The translations under genes and the position numbers were made by a program. A DNA stretch of 32,000 nucleotides, from assembly GCF_000829235.1 (NCBI RefSeq), contig NZ_AP012549.1:2370001-2402000 (forward strand), given 5' to 3'. This document shows positions 9,296 to 18,593 of this stretch, in pieces. Origin of the DNA: a cyanobacterium endosymbiont of Epithemia turgida isolate EtSB Lake Yunoko (GTDB taxonomy: Bacteria > Cyanobacteriota > Cyanobacteriia > Cyanobacteriales > Microcystaceae). Within the stretch, counting starts at the first letter, position 1. The number at the start of each line of letters is the position of its first letter. Under the pieces are notes generated by a model. The model made no database searches, was not told the origin of the DNA, and worked only from the letters and a program-made list of their open reading frames with translations.

Positions 9296-10516
9296 TTGGC
9301 CATGCGTACTATTCAAGAAATTAATGAAAAAATCCTTCGCCAACAAGTGGTGGTGTGGACCGTCGAAGAACTGAAAATACGAGTACAAGATAGTAGTGTA
9401 GAACAAGCGTTTGAGGAAGTAGATGTTATTTGTACGGGAACTTTTGAACCGATGGAATCTTCTGGAGCGATTATTAACCTAGGTCATACCGATCCCCCTA
9501 TTAAAATTCGTCAATGTTGGATCGAGGGAATTCCAGCCTATGCAGCATTTGGAGCAGTGGATTTATACTTAGGCGCAACGGCGATGATTGATTATGCTGT
9601 TACCGGAGAAGGAGCTGATGGAGATAATCGTCAGGGAACAGTTATATCAGAACGAGGGGGTGGTCATATTATTGAAGATTTAATTGCCGGTAAACCCGTT
9701 TCTTTACGGGCAGTTGGACAGGCGACTGATTGTTATCCTAGAACTTCTTTTGAGACTACCATTACCCTTGAGACTATCAATCAATTTTATTTATATAATC
9801 CGCGTAACCTATATCAGAATTTTATTGTGGGGGTTAATGGAGGTGATTATTCCCTCTATACTTATCTTGGCCCTTTACAACCTGAATTAGGCAACGCTGT
9901 TTATTCTAATCCAGGAGCGATTGGACCGCTAATCAATGATCCTAACTTAGAAGTGATTGGCATCGGAACCCGTATTTTTCTTGGCGGTGGTGTTGGTTAT
10001 ATTGCTTGGGAAGGGACTCAACATTTTCCTTTACAAAAACGTTTACCTAACAAAACTCCTATTGGCCCGGCAGCTACTTTAGCCTTGATTGGAGATGCTA
10101 AAGGAATGTCATCAAAATGGGTTCGGGGGTGTTACTTCCACAATTATGGCCCGTCTTTAATGTTGGGAGTAGGGATTCCCTTGCCGGTTCTTTCTCTCGA
10201 CGTAATTAAACATTGTTCAGTTAACGATCAAGAAATTGTTGCCCCTGTGGTAGATTTTGCTATTCCTCGTCGGGTTCGTCCAACCTTTGGTTTAGTCAAT
10301 TATGCTCAACTCAAAAGTGGAAAAATAAACATTGAGGGAAAAACAGTTCGAGTCGCTCCTTTAGCTAGTATTTCCCGTTCTCGACAAGTTGCCCAAGAAC
10401 TCAAGCAATGGATTAAAACAGGACAATTCACTTTAACCGAACCCGTAGTTTCTTTACCCAAAAATCGGGACTTTATTTCTCAAGATTTATGGGGATCTCG
10501 TATTGGTTTGGATTAA
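9296..10516 (+). CDS. DUF39/COG1900-family protein (homocysteine biosynthesis protein-like)
   Basis: 406-aa ORF. The N-terminal region (TIQEINEKI....VVVWTVEEL, VDVICTGTFEPMESSGAIINLGHTDPPIKI, AYAAFGAVDLYLGAT) matches my recollection of the COG1900 family found in methanogens and some bacteria. The true start may be the ATG at 9302. Confidence 0.7.
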   Translation: MAMRTIQEINEKILRQQVVVWTVEELKIRVQDSSVEQAFEEVDVICTGTFEPMESSGAIINLGHTDPPIKIRQCWIEGIPAYAAFGAVDLYLGATAMIDYAVTGEGADGDNRQGTVISERGGGHIIEDLIAGKPVSLRAVGQATDCYPRTSFETTITLETINQFYLYNPRNLYQNFIVGVNGGDYSLYTYLGPLQPELGNAVYSNPGAIGPLINDPNLEVIGIGTRIFLGGGVGYIAWEGTQHFPLQKRLPNKTPIGPAATLALIGDAKGMSSKWVRGCYFHNYGPSLMLGVGIPLPVLSLDVIKHCSVNDQEIVAPVVDFAIPRRVRPTFGLVNYAQLKSGKINIEGKTVRVAPLASISRSRQVAQELKQWIKTGQFTLTEPVVSLPKNRDFISQDLWGSRIGLD

Positions 10517-10524
10517 ATGAGAGC

Positions 10525-10548
10525 AGAGACGTTGCAAGCAACGTCTCT
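10525..10548. terminator. Hairpin between the convergent DUF39 and GT9 genes
   Basis: AGAGACGTTGC-AA-GCAACGTCTCT has perfect 11-bp GC-containing arms. It lies 9 nt after the DUF39 gene stop and 43 nt after the GT9 stop. There is no strong T-tract, so terminator function is inferred from position. Confidence 0.45.
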
Positions 10549-10590
10549 ATAGTTTGGTGTACTATAGTGATACCCTCGCTAAGGTAGAAT

Positions 10591-11550
10591 CTAGCTTCCC
10601 CACATTTTAACCATTATAATTTCTGGTGGAATATCAGCTACCTTGTCAGTAGCGGATTGAATGCCAATATAACGCTTAGATCCTAATGGTAACAGTTTTG
10701 TTGAGTCTGTAGGTCCAAACAAAGCAAAAGTATAAGTCCCTACGGCGACGGCCAGCTGAAGAGGATCACTATCGGTACAGAGGATCGAATTAGCCCCTGC
10801 GATAATAGCTCCCAGTTTACCGACATCACCAGGTCGAGTAACTTTGAGCATGGGATAATTTTCTTGCATCAAGATGGTTTGCTCCAAATTATTGCTGTCT
10901 TGCAATAATACTACTGATAAATTTGGCTGTTTTTGTTTAAAACTATCGATAATAGTTCTCCATTGCTCAACTGGATAAATAGCTTTAGACTCTTGAGGAA
11001 TTCGACTCGAACCGTTGTAGAGCAGCATATAATTGTTCTTTAGGTTGAGTCGTTGCTGTTCAGCTCGCGCCCAGTCAATATCTTCCGTCGGAACGGCAAT
11101 TTTTAGGGGAGGACAAGAAGATTGAACCCCCAAACTGGTTAGCAGGTCGTGGGCAACATGGGAAGCGTACTGTTTTGTTTTAAGAGGAACAGGATTAGAT
11201 ACAAGCCAGGAGGTTTGGCTTCGATACCCAATTCTTAAAGGAATGCTATTCAACCACAAAAGTAGGTCAATGGTCCACTTTTGTCCTAAGTTAAGAGCGA
11301 TATCATATTCGCGATCGCGAATCATACCCAAGACGTTCAAATAATCAGCTAATCCATTGCGATCTTGATAATTAAAGATGAGAACTTCATGGATACAGGG
11401 ACATACCCGATAAGCTGGTTTAGCACGGGGTTCAACCATGACATCAATTGTAGCCTTTGGATATTTGGCTTTGAGATCTTCGAGGGTAGGAAAAAATAAA
11501 ATTTGGTCGCCAATTCCCCCAGGAACAAGGGCTAATATTCGCATAGGCAC
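10591..11550 (-). CDS. Glycosyltransferase family 9 (heptosyltransferase-like)
   Basis: 319-aa ORF with a GTG start at 11550 or an ATG at 11544. N-terminal GT9 signature: RILALVPGGIGDQILFFPTLEDLKAKYP.A.IDV. C-terminal LFGPT motif: ALFGPTDSTKLLP. It contains the only perfect HIP1 octamer I could find (11311..11318). Confidence 0.82.
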   Translation of the reverse strand: MPMRILALVPGGIGDQILFFPTLEDLKAKYPKATIDVMVEPRAKPAYRVCPCIHEVLIFNYQDRNGLADYLNVLGMIRDREYDIALNLGQKWTIDLLLWLNSIPLRIGYRSQTSWLVSNPVPLKTKQYASHVAHDLLTSLGVQSSCPPLKIAVPTEDIDWARAEQQRLNLKNNYMLLYNGSSRIPQESKAIYPVEQWRTIIDSFKQKQPNLSVVLLQDSNNLEQTILMQENYPMLKVTRPGDVGKLGAIIAGANSILCTDSDPLQLAVAVGTYTFALFGPTDSTKLLPLGSKRYIGIQSATDKVADIPPEIIMVKMWGS

Positions 11551-11944
11551 GATCCTTAGATTAATAATCTATCGGCTTAATCACAACACAACAGATTCAT
11601 TCTAAAGGAAGATTACCCCAAATCCCTTATCTGTTCAGAATAAATTCTTTTTATAAGTAAAAGTTATTTTGTTTTTTGGACTATCCTATAAGTTAAACTT
11701 ATAGAATTTCTCTGAATCTGTCATATAAAAATTGAAAATATGGAAATAAAGTTTTATTATCAATAATAGGATTAGTAATAATTATAATTGCTTTTTAATA
11801 TTAAATATAATTAATAATATTTTCATATTAAAAAGTATTAATTATAGGATATTTACTTAATTTATACCTATAGGATCAAATACTAAACTCAGTTTAATAA
11901 ATTTAATTTATTCAAGTAAATATACCATTTACCATAATTCAGAT

Positions 11945-11975
11945 GATAAATCAAATTTTTTCTATTTGATTTATC
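11945..11975. repeat. Inverted repeat, 11-bp arms and 9-nt loop
   Basis: GATAAATCAAA-TTTTTTCTA-TTTGATTTATC, with perfect arms. It is part of a palindrome cluster in the GT9/rpoC1 divergent spacer. A further 19-nt palindrome, CTATAAGTT-A-AACTTATAG, lies at 11686..11704. Confidence 0.9.
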
Positions 11976-11997
11976 AAAAAAATATACATAACAGCAA

Positions 11998-12038
11998 CTT
12001 ATATTATCTGAGTAGTTTAACTACTCAGATAATATAAG
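11998..12038. repeat. Perfect 41-nt palindrome (20-bp arms, 1-nt centre)
   Basis: CTTATATTATCTGAGTAGTT-T-AACTACTCAGATAATATAAG, checked base by base with no mismatch. Confidence 0.95.
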
Positions 12039-12146
12039 CAAAAAAATTAATCAATTATGCTCAATTTGCATTGAGTAAAAAAACTGTTTATTTTGAAATT
12101 AATTATTATTAAGTTAATGTGACTTATAGAGTATATAAATATGTCC

Positions 12147-12197
12147 AATAAGTAGGTTTAGTTATTTTTTTAAAAAAAATAACTAAACCTACTTATT
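12147..12197. repeat. Perfect 51-nt palindrome (25-bp arms, 1-nt centre)
   Basis: AATAAGTAGGTTTAGTTATTTTTTT-A-AAAAAAATAACTAAACCTACTTATT, checked base by base with no mismatch. The T7/A7 runs lie at the centre rather than the flank, so it is not a classical terminator layout. Confidence 0.95.
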
Positions 12198-13810
12198 AAT
12201 GCTAAAAATATAACTAAGAAAATAAAATAAATTAATAAAAAATACGATAATCATAATTATATTTACATATAAAAATAGTTATTAATCGAGATAAGTAATA
12301 TTGAAAAAAATAGTAAAAATAAAAACCAAAAAATATTTTAAGCAACTTGAAATTGATATAAATGTTACCCAATAATACTAAAAATTTAAAATTAATGTGA
12401 ATAAATTAAGAAAACAGACTAAATTAGTAGTAATTTATTTTTATAAATAACAAGTAAATAACTAATTAAATTATGAGAAAAAATAATAAAAAATAAGAAC
12501 ATAAAAAAGATACAAAAAACTAGATTATAAAAATAAATACAGTTTAAGTGAGAGTAAATATATTTTTTCTTCAAAAATACTAGTTAAAAGTAACATATTT
12601 AATAACTTATTAAACTAGATAGAGATGGGTATCAATACTATTAAAATTACTGAATTTGTATAAAGAAAAGATATAGAAAAAAATTAAAATGGTTAAGAGA
12701 AAATATTGTGCATTTATAAAATAGGTAGATTTTCAATATATTTATTTGACAAAAAGAGCAAAGGTATTAAATATTTTCCAAACTACAGATAAATTAAATT
12801 TATCATTAAATATAGTTAAAAGATATTGCTAAATAAACTATTTAAATAGAATACTTTTATCAGTAAATTTTAAAAAGAAATAACTAGTAACGAAATAAAA
12901 AAAACCTTTTTACGGAAAATAATAAAAACAAGAATAAAGCTTTATAAATTGCATAAACAAAGTGTAAAAAATTGATTATAAAATAATTTTCTTTCTCAAG
13001 AGTTACAGTAGTACACGAACTAAGTAAAATACAAACCAAGTAAAAACTCTAATATTACTTTATCCCGAGATATTATTTAAAATAAATATAGGTTTTCTAT
13101 ATCAAGAGATATCTTAATCTAAATAAACATAGTCTTACTTGATTTTTAAAAAATAGCTAGTTAATTTTCTTTTAAATAGATCCTATAAATTAAGTCAAGA
13201 TATAGATAGTAAAATACTTTTTATGGATCAAAAGTTGTTATCAACAATAACCTAGTTATATCAACCTATTTTTTGATAATGATTAGTATGATAGTCTTTA
13301 TCTAAAGTAAAAATTGATTTCTGGAGAAGAAGTAGTAAAAAATTGGACTAATAATGAAAATTATCGGTGTATCAAATTTATTAAACAGAAAATTTTATTG
13401 CCTCATAATAGAGATAATTATGGTAAAAAAAAATAGTATAATTGTAGGTCGAACTATAAAAGTATCCCAGTGACCCCGTGCAGTCATTATTTCTATAATT
13501 TTAGATTATAGGCTCTATCTCCATAGTTTAAGGCTATTTACAGTCAATTTTCTTGAGATAATACAAAAGTAACAAATTTCTGTTTTTTTCAAACAAGTTA
13601 CTTATTGAACTGTAGTCCTTCATTTTAGAGGTAAAAGTATTGTTCTAACTCAGTAATTCTAGTACTTCCTTTAAAATAATTGACCAATCTATGGATTAAA
13701 GTGCTGTGATACCCAAGTTGTAGCGGGATTATCTATTCTGGAATAGAAGTTTTGTCCGGGTCTAACCATCAACCATCTATAATCTCTGATCTTTTATTCA
13801 AGCATAAAGT

Positions 13811-15694
13811 ATGAAACCACAAGCAGATTCACAGTTTGACTACGTTAAGATCAATTTAGCCTCTCCAGAGCGCATTCGTCAGTGGGGAGAAAGAACTCTT
13901 CCCAACGGTGTGGTGGTCGGAGAAGTCACTAAACCCGAGACCATTAACTACCGGACTCTAAAACCAGAAATGGATGGCTTATTCTGTGAACGTATTTTTG
14001 GACCTTCCAAAGACTGGGAATGTTGGTGTGGTAAATATAAGCGGGTACGTCACCGAGGAATTGTATGCGAACGGTGTGGCGTAGAGGTAACAGAATCTCG
14101 CGTACGTCGCCATCGTATGGGTTTTATTAAATTGGCAGCTTCTGTTACCCACGTTTGGTATCTTAAGGGAATTCCAAGTTACCTGAGTATCCTTTTAGAT
14201 ATGGCTTTGCGGGATGTGGAACAGATTGTCTATTTCAACTCCTATGTTGTCCTTGATACAGGGAATGCCAGTAACCTATCCTACAAACAACTTTTAACTG
14301 AAGATCAATGGATTGAAATCGAAGACCAAATTTACACTGAAGACTCTGAACTACAAGGGATTGAGGTAGGAATTGGTGCCGAAGCTATTCAACGGTTACT
14401 ACGAGAAATTAATTTAGATGAAGTTGCTGAAAAACTCCGAGAAGAAATTCTCGAAAGTAAAGGACAAAAACGAGCCAAATTAATTAAACGGTTACGGGTC
14501 ATTGATAACTTCATTGCGACAGAATCCCGACCAGAATGGATGGTATTAGAAGTGATTCCGGTAATTCCTCCTGATTTACGCCCTATGGTCCAGCTGGATG
14601 GGGGTCGCTTTGCCACTTCTGATCTCAATGACCTTTATCGACGGGTGATCAACCGGAATAATCGTCTCGCCCGTTTGCAGGAAATTTTAGCTCCTGAAAT
14701 CATTGTTCGTAACGAAAAACGGATGTTGCAAGAAGCAGTTGATGCACTAATTGATAACGGACGGCGAGGACGTACAGTTGTGGGGGCTAATAATCGTGCA
14801 TTAAAATCCCTCTCGGACATTATCGAAGGGAAGCAAGGTCGCTTCCGTCAAAACCTCTTAGGAAAACGAGTAGACTACTCTGGACGCTCAGTTATTGTCG
14901 TTGGTCCTAAGCTAAAGATTTATCAGTGTGGCTTACCAAGGGAAATGGCAATCGAGTTATTCCAACCTTTCGTCATTCATCGCTTGATTCGTTTGGGGTT
15001 AGTGAATAATATTAAAGCGGCCAAAAAACTGATTGTTCGTGAAGAACCTAGCGTATGGAATGTACTAGAAGAAGTTATTACGGGCCACCCTGTCATGCTG
15101 AATCGTGCGCCAACTTTGCACCGTTTGGGGATTCAAGCTTTTGAACCGATTTTAGTAGAGGGTCGGGCAATTCAGTTACACCCGTTGGTCTGTCCAGCAT
15201 TTAACGCTGACTTTGACGGCGACCAAATGGCAGTTCATGTTCCTCTTTCATTAGAATCTCAATCTGAAGCGCGACTACTGATGTTAGCCTGTCATAACAT
15301 TCTGTCACCTGCAACAGGTAGACCGATCGTGGCTCCTTCTCAGGATATGGTATTAGGATGTTATTATCTCACTGCTGAAAATCCAAAAGCACAAAAAGGA
15401 GCAGGTAACTATTTTGGAAGTTTTGATGACGCGCTAAAAGCTTACGAACAGAAAAAATTAGATTTACATGCCTATATTTGGCTTCGTATTGGTCCAGATG
15501 AAGAAGTAGTAACTATTAAAGCTGATGAAGAAGTTCTCAAAACAGAGACCCTAGACGATGGAAGTTTGGTTAAACATTACCGCGAACGTCGAACACGAGA
15601 AAAGGATGGGGAAATTCTCGCCCAATTTGTTCGTACTACTCCAGGTCGAATTATCTACAATCAAACTATTCAGGATACACTAGTTACTATTTAA
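13811..15694 (+). CDS. rpoC1: DNA-directed RNA polymerase subunit gamma (N-terminal half of the split beta-prime subunit)
   Basis: 627-aa ORF. Motifs: [20 protein letters not shown], the zinc-binding [23 protein letters not shown], and the catalytic [16 protein letters not shown]. Length and termination shortly after this region match the cyanobacterial/plastid RpoC1 split. Confidence 0.96.
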   Translation: MKPQADSQFDYVKINLASPERIRQWGERTLPNGVVVGEVTKPETINYRTLKPEMDGLFCERIFGPSKDWECWCGKYKRVRHRGIVCERCGVEVTESRVRRHRMGFIKLAASVTHVWYLKGIPSYLSILLDMALRDVEQIVYFNSYVVLDTGNASNLSYKQLLTEDQWIEIEDQIYTEDSELQGIEVGIGAEAIQRLLREINLDEVAEKLREEILESKGQKRAKLIKRLRVIDNFIATESRPEWMVLEVIPVIPPDLRPMVQLDGGRFATSDLNDLYRRVINRNNRLARLQEILAPEIIVRNEKRMLQEAVDALIDNGRRGRTVVGANNRALKSLSDIIEGKQGRFRQNLLGKRVDYSGRSVIVVGPKLKIYQCGLPREMAIELFQPFVIHRLIRLGLVNNIKAAKKLIVREEPSVWNVLEEVITGHPVMLNRAPTLHRLGIQAFEPILVEGRAIQLHPLVCPAFNADFDGDQMAVHVPLSLESQSEARLLMLACHNILSPATGRPIVAPSQDMVLGCYYLTAENPKAQKGAGNYFGSFDDALKAYEQKKLDLHAYIWLRIGPDEEVVTIKADEEVLKTETLDDGSLVKHYRERRTREKDGEILAQFVRTTPGRIIYNQTIQDTLVTI

Positions 15695-15735
15695 TTAATT
15701 GTCTTCTCAACAAATAGACTTTTTGTAATGTAGTA

Positions 15736-15768
15736 GTGGTTGGAGATATAATCCCTAACCACTTTTTT
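15736..15768 (+). terminator. Intrinsic terminator downstream of rpoC1
   Basis: GTGGTTGG...CCTAACCAC forms a stem of about 8 bp including one G-U pair, followed directly by TTTTTT. It starts 42 nt after the rpoC1 stop. Confidence 0.55.
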
Positions 15769-15797
15769 AATAATTGATATTTATTCCCTAAATTAAA

Positions 15798-17402
15798 ATG
15801 ACTGTATTTAAGCAAGAACATTTATTATTTACCCCTGCACCTTCTGAATCTAACGCCATACCTACTATTTTTGCTTTTCCTAATAAGTACACTATAGGAA
15901 TTACTAGTTTGGGTTATCAATTGGTTTGGAAAACTTTAGCGTTAAGATCAGATGTTGATATCAGTCGTTTATTTACGGATATTTATGAACCTTTACCTCG
16001 GTCACCTGAACTTTTAGGCTTTTCTTTTTCCTGGGAGTTAGATTATATCAATATTCTAAATCTTCTAGAATCTTTAGAGATTCCTCTTTATAGTAATCAA
16101 CGAAATAATCATCAACCTTTAGTATTTGGCGGAGGTTCGGTGTTAACTGCTAACCCTGAACCGTTTGCTGACTTTTTTGATGTAATTTTATTGGGAGATG
16201 GAGAAAAGTTATTAGATAATTTCATTGATGCCTATAAAGAAATCAGAACAGCTGATCGTAAAATAAAATTACGATATTTAACCAAGATACCAGGAGTTTA
16301 TATTCCCAGTTTATATGAAGTGACTTATTATAGTCTTGATGGTGGAGTCAAATCGATTGAACCGATTAGCAATGATATTCCAAATATTATAAAAAAACAA
16401 ACCTCTAAAAGTAACACATTAGCTGCTTCTACAGTAGTTACAGAGAAGGCTGCTTGGGAAAATATTTATATGGTAGAAGTAGTGAGAAGTTGTCCTGAAA
16501 TGTGTCGTTTTTGTCTTGCTAGTTATTTAACATTACCCTTTCGTACAGCTAACTTAGAAGGTTCTTTAATTCCCGCTATTGAAAAAGGTTTGACAGTAAC
16601 AAATAGAATTGGATTGTTAGGTCCATCTGTCACCCAACATCCTGAATTTGAAATTTTACTAGATTATTTATCGCAATCTAAATATGAAGATATTCGCCTT
16701 AGTATTGCTTCAGTTCGAACTAACACAGTTACTGAGAAATTAGCCAGAACTTTAGCCAATAGGGGGACTCGTTCGATTACCATTGCGATTGAAAGTGGAT
16801 CAGAGCAAATTCGTAAAATCATTAATAAAAAGTTAACTAATAAAGAAATAATTCAAGCAGTAATTAATGCTAAAGCAGGTGGATTAAAAGCAATAAAATT
16901 TTATGGTATGGCGGGACTTCCTACGGAAAAAGACTCAGATATAGAAGCCACTATTAGAATCTTAGAAGATGTTAGAAAAGTTGCACCGGGATTAAGATTA
17001 ACATTTGGTTGCAGTACTTTTGTTCCTAAGTCTCACACTCCGTTTCAATGGTTTGGGGTTAACAATGAGGCTAAAAAAAGACTGAAATATTTAGAGAAAC
17101 AGTTAGGACAAAGAGGAATTGATTTCCGTCCAGAAAGCTACAATTGGTCCTTGGTTCAAGCTTTAATTTCTAGGGGTGATCGCCGTTTATCAAAGTTATT
17201 AGAGTTAACCAGAAATTATGGAGATACATTGGGAAGTTATAAACGAGCATTTAAAGAATTAAAAGAAGAATTACCTCCCTTAGATTTTTATGTTCATAGA
17301 GATTGGAAAAGAGAGCAAATATTACCTTGGCATCATTTACACGGACCACTATCGCAGCAAACTTTAATGAAGCATTTAAATGAATCTACAAATAATATTT
17401 AA
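15798..17402 (+). CDS. Radical SAM protein of unknown function (TIGR03960-like, B12-binding-like N-terminal domain)
   Basis: 534-aa ORF. It has the CxxxCxxC cluster motif in VRSCPEMCRFCLASY. The N-terminal FAFPNKYTIGITSLGYQLVWKTL and the later GLPTEKDSD and FVPKSHTPFQW segments fit my recollection of the uncharacterised TIGR03960 radical SAM family. Confidence 0.8.
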   Translation: MTVFKQEHLLFTPAPSESNAIPTIFAFPNKYTIGITSLGYQLVWKTLALRSDVDISRLFTDIYEPLPRSPELLGFSFSWELDYINILNLLESLEIPLYSNQRNNHQPLVFGGGSVLTANPEPFADFFDVILLGDGEKLLDNFIDAYKEIRTADRKIKLRYLTKIPGVYIPSLYEVTYYSLDGGVKSIEPISNDIPNIIKKQTSKSNTLAASTVVTEKAAWENIYMVEVVRSCPEMCRFCLASYLTLPFRTANLEGSLIPAIEKGLTVTNRIGLLGPSVTQHPEFEILLDYLSQSKYEDIRLSIASVRTNTVTEKLARTLANRGTRSITIAIESGSEQIRKIINKKLTNKEIIQAVINAKAGGLKAIKFYGMAGLPTEKDSDIEATIRILEDVRKVAPGLRLTFGCSTFVPKSHTPFQWFGVNNEAKKRLKYLEKQLGQRGIDFRPESYNWSLVQALISRGDRRLSKLLELTRNYGDTLGSYKRAFKELKEELPPLDFYVHRDWKREQILPWHHLHGPLSQQTLMKHLNESTNNI

Positions 17403-17576
17403 AGATTACTTATAACAGGAAATAGAATTAAATAGACATTGTTTTAATATTTTTTTAAAAAAAAATAAACTTTAATTAGAGATGACCGAAGAAAAAATAC
17501 AGATATTAAGAGAGCAAGGAACTATTATAAAAAAAATTAAAAAATCTGTAAAAAATAGCTAAAAAGAGAAGAGTGC

Positions 17577-17594
17577 ATCTAGATATATATAGAT
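17577..17594. repeat. 18-mer ATCTAGATATATATAGAT, copy 1 of 2
   Basis: Identical to 19075..19092. The motif is itself a 16/18 near-palindrome (ATCTA ... TAGAT). Confidence 0.85.
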
Positions 17595-18363
17595 CTAATA
17601 ATAGACAAAACTATCCATAGGCAGCAGTTTAACATAATTAGAGATACTACACTCTAAGATATATATACAAAAAGGAAAAAGACAGTTATATTAGTGCTTT
17701 ACAAAATAAAAAACTTTTACTGTTTTAACTATTTATGGGAATAATAGAGCTTTATTTTAAGCTTAGCTATTTCAAAGTTTAATTTATTAACTATAATCAA
17801 GAGATATCTTTATCATAAAATAAACTACTCTTCATCAGGGACAAATAACTAAGTAAATAGTATAAGCAACTGGATGCGAGCTATAATATAATATAATCTG
17901 ACTCTCCGGGCTTAAATAAAATTTAAAATTAGTAGAATTTTACAAAAATTTTACTTAAACAAAAACTACTTTTTGGGGAATAAATTATAGTATGTGTATA
18001 CGCTGTTTTCCAAAATTATCTTAACGTTTTTGCGTCATGTCATTCATGACATTGCTTTAGAATAAAAGCATAATTTTATTTAGGAAAACTGAAAATAGTA
18101 GATAATGTCCTACATTCAGTATCTATTATTAGTCCAGATAATTTATATTTAGTTCAAATTATTAAGATTAAGAATGAAGCTTGGATTTAGAGGTTGGACT
18201 TTTAGCATAGATGAAACTTGTGCCAAAAGTGATTATGTTCTAGAACATAAATCACAATAACAGCAACATCAGCCTTGAGAAAAAGTTTCCCTAAATTAAT
18301 CTCCAGGATACTTATGGCATATACTAATAGGTATTTTGTTTCAAGTTATTAACGATTAATCTA

Positions 18364-18407
18364 ATCAATTTGACCATACTAATTAAAATTAGTATGGTCA
18401 AATTGAT
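18364..18407. repeat. Perfect 44-nt palindrome (21-bp arms, 2-nt centre)
   Basis: ATCAATTTGACCATACTAATT-AA-AATTAGTATGGTCAAATTGAT, checked base by base. It lies in an ORF-free spacer about 190 bp beyond the 3' end of the GUN4-like ORF. Confidence 0.95.
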
Positions 18408-18593
18408 CATTGAGACTTATATCAAACATAGCAAATTTTTGTTGTTCAAAATTATTTCGTTTGCTAAAAAAACAAGTTAATTTAAAGTTAACAGTTATTT
18501 TCCGACCAAACTAGATAAGTAAATAAAGAAGCTGTAACCTGTACTCCTCGTAGTTTATTTGATAAAGGAAAGGAAGGTGTCCTATAGGCACGC

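Noticed and set aside
9203-9890. ORFs 9203..9406 (-) and 9684..9890 (+) overlapping the DUF39 gene
   Set aside because: One is antisense across the DUF39 start and the other is an alternative frame inside it. Both have low-complexity translations.
11551-13810. Chromosomal replication origin in the AT-rich palindrome-bearing spacer
   Set aside because: I could not find a cluster of DnaA boxes (TTATCCACA or TTTTCCACA types) here. The only near-matches I saw in the window are isolated (around 19123 and 30011). No dnaA or dnaN gene is adjacent. This is not excluded, but it is unsupported.
11551-13810. Decayed rpoB immediately upstream of rpoC1
   Set aside because: rpoB is essential and about 3.3 kb, longer than the spacer. 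I could not read any RpoB motif in the plus-strand frames. The A-skew only indicates some former plus-strand coding sequence at best.
14389-14820. Minus-strand ORFs 14389..14628 and 14635..14820 inside rpoC1
   Set aside because: They are antisense to rpoC1, and their Arg/Ser-rich translations are typical of shadow frames.
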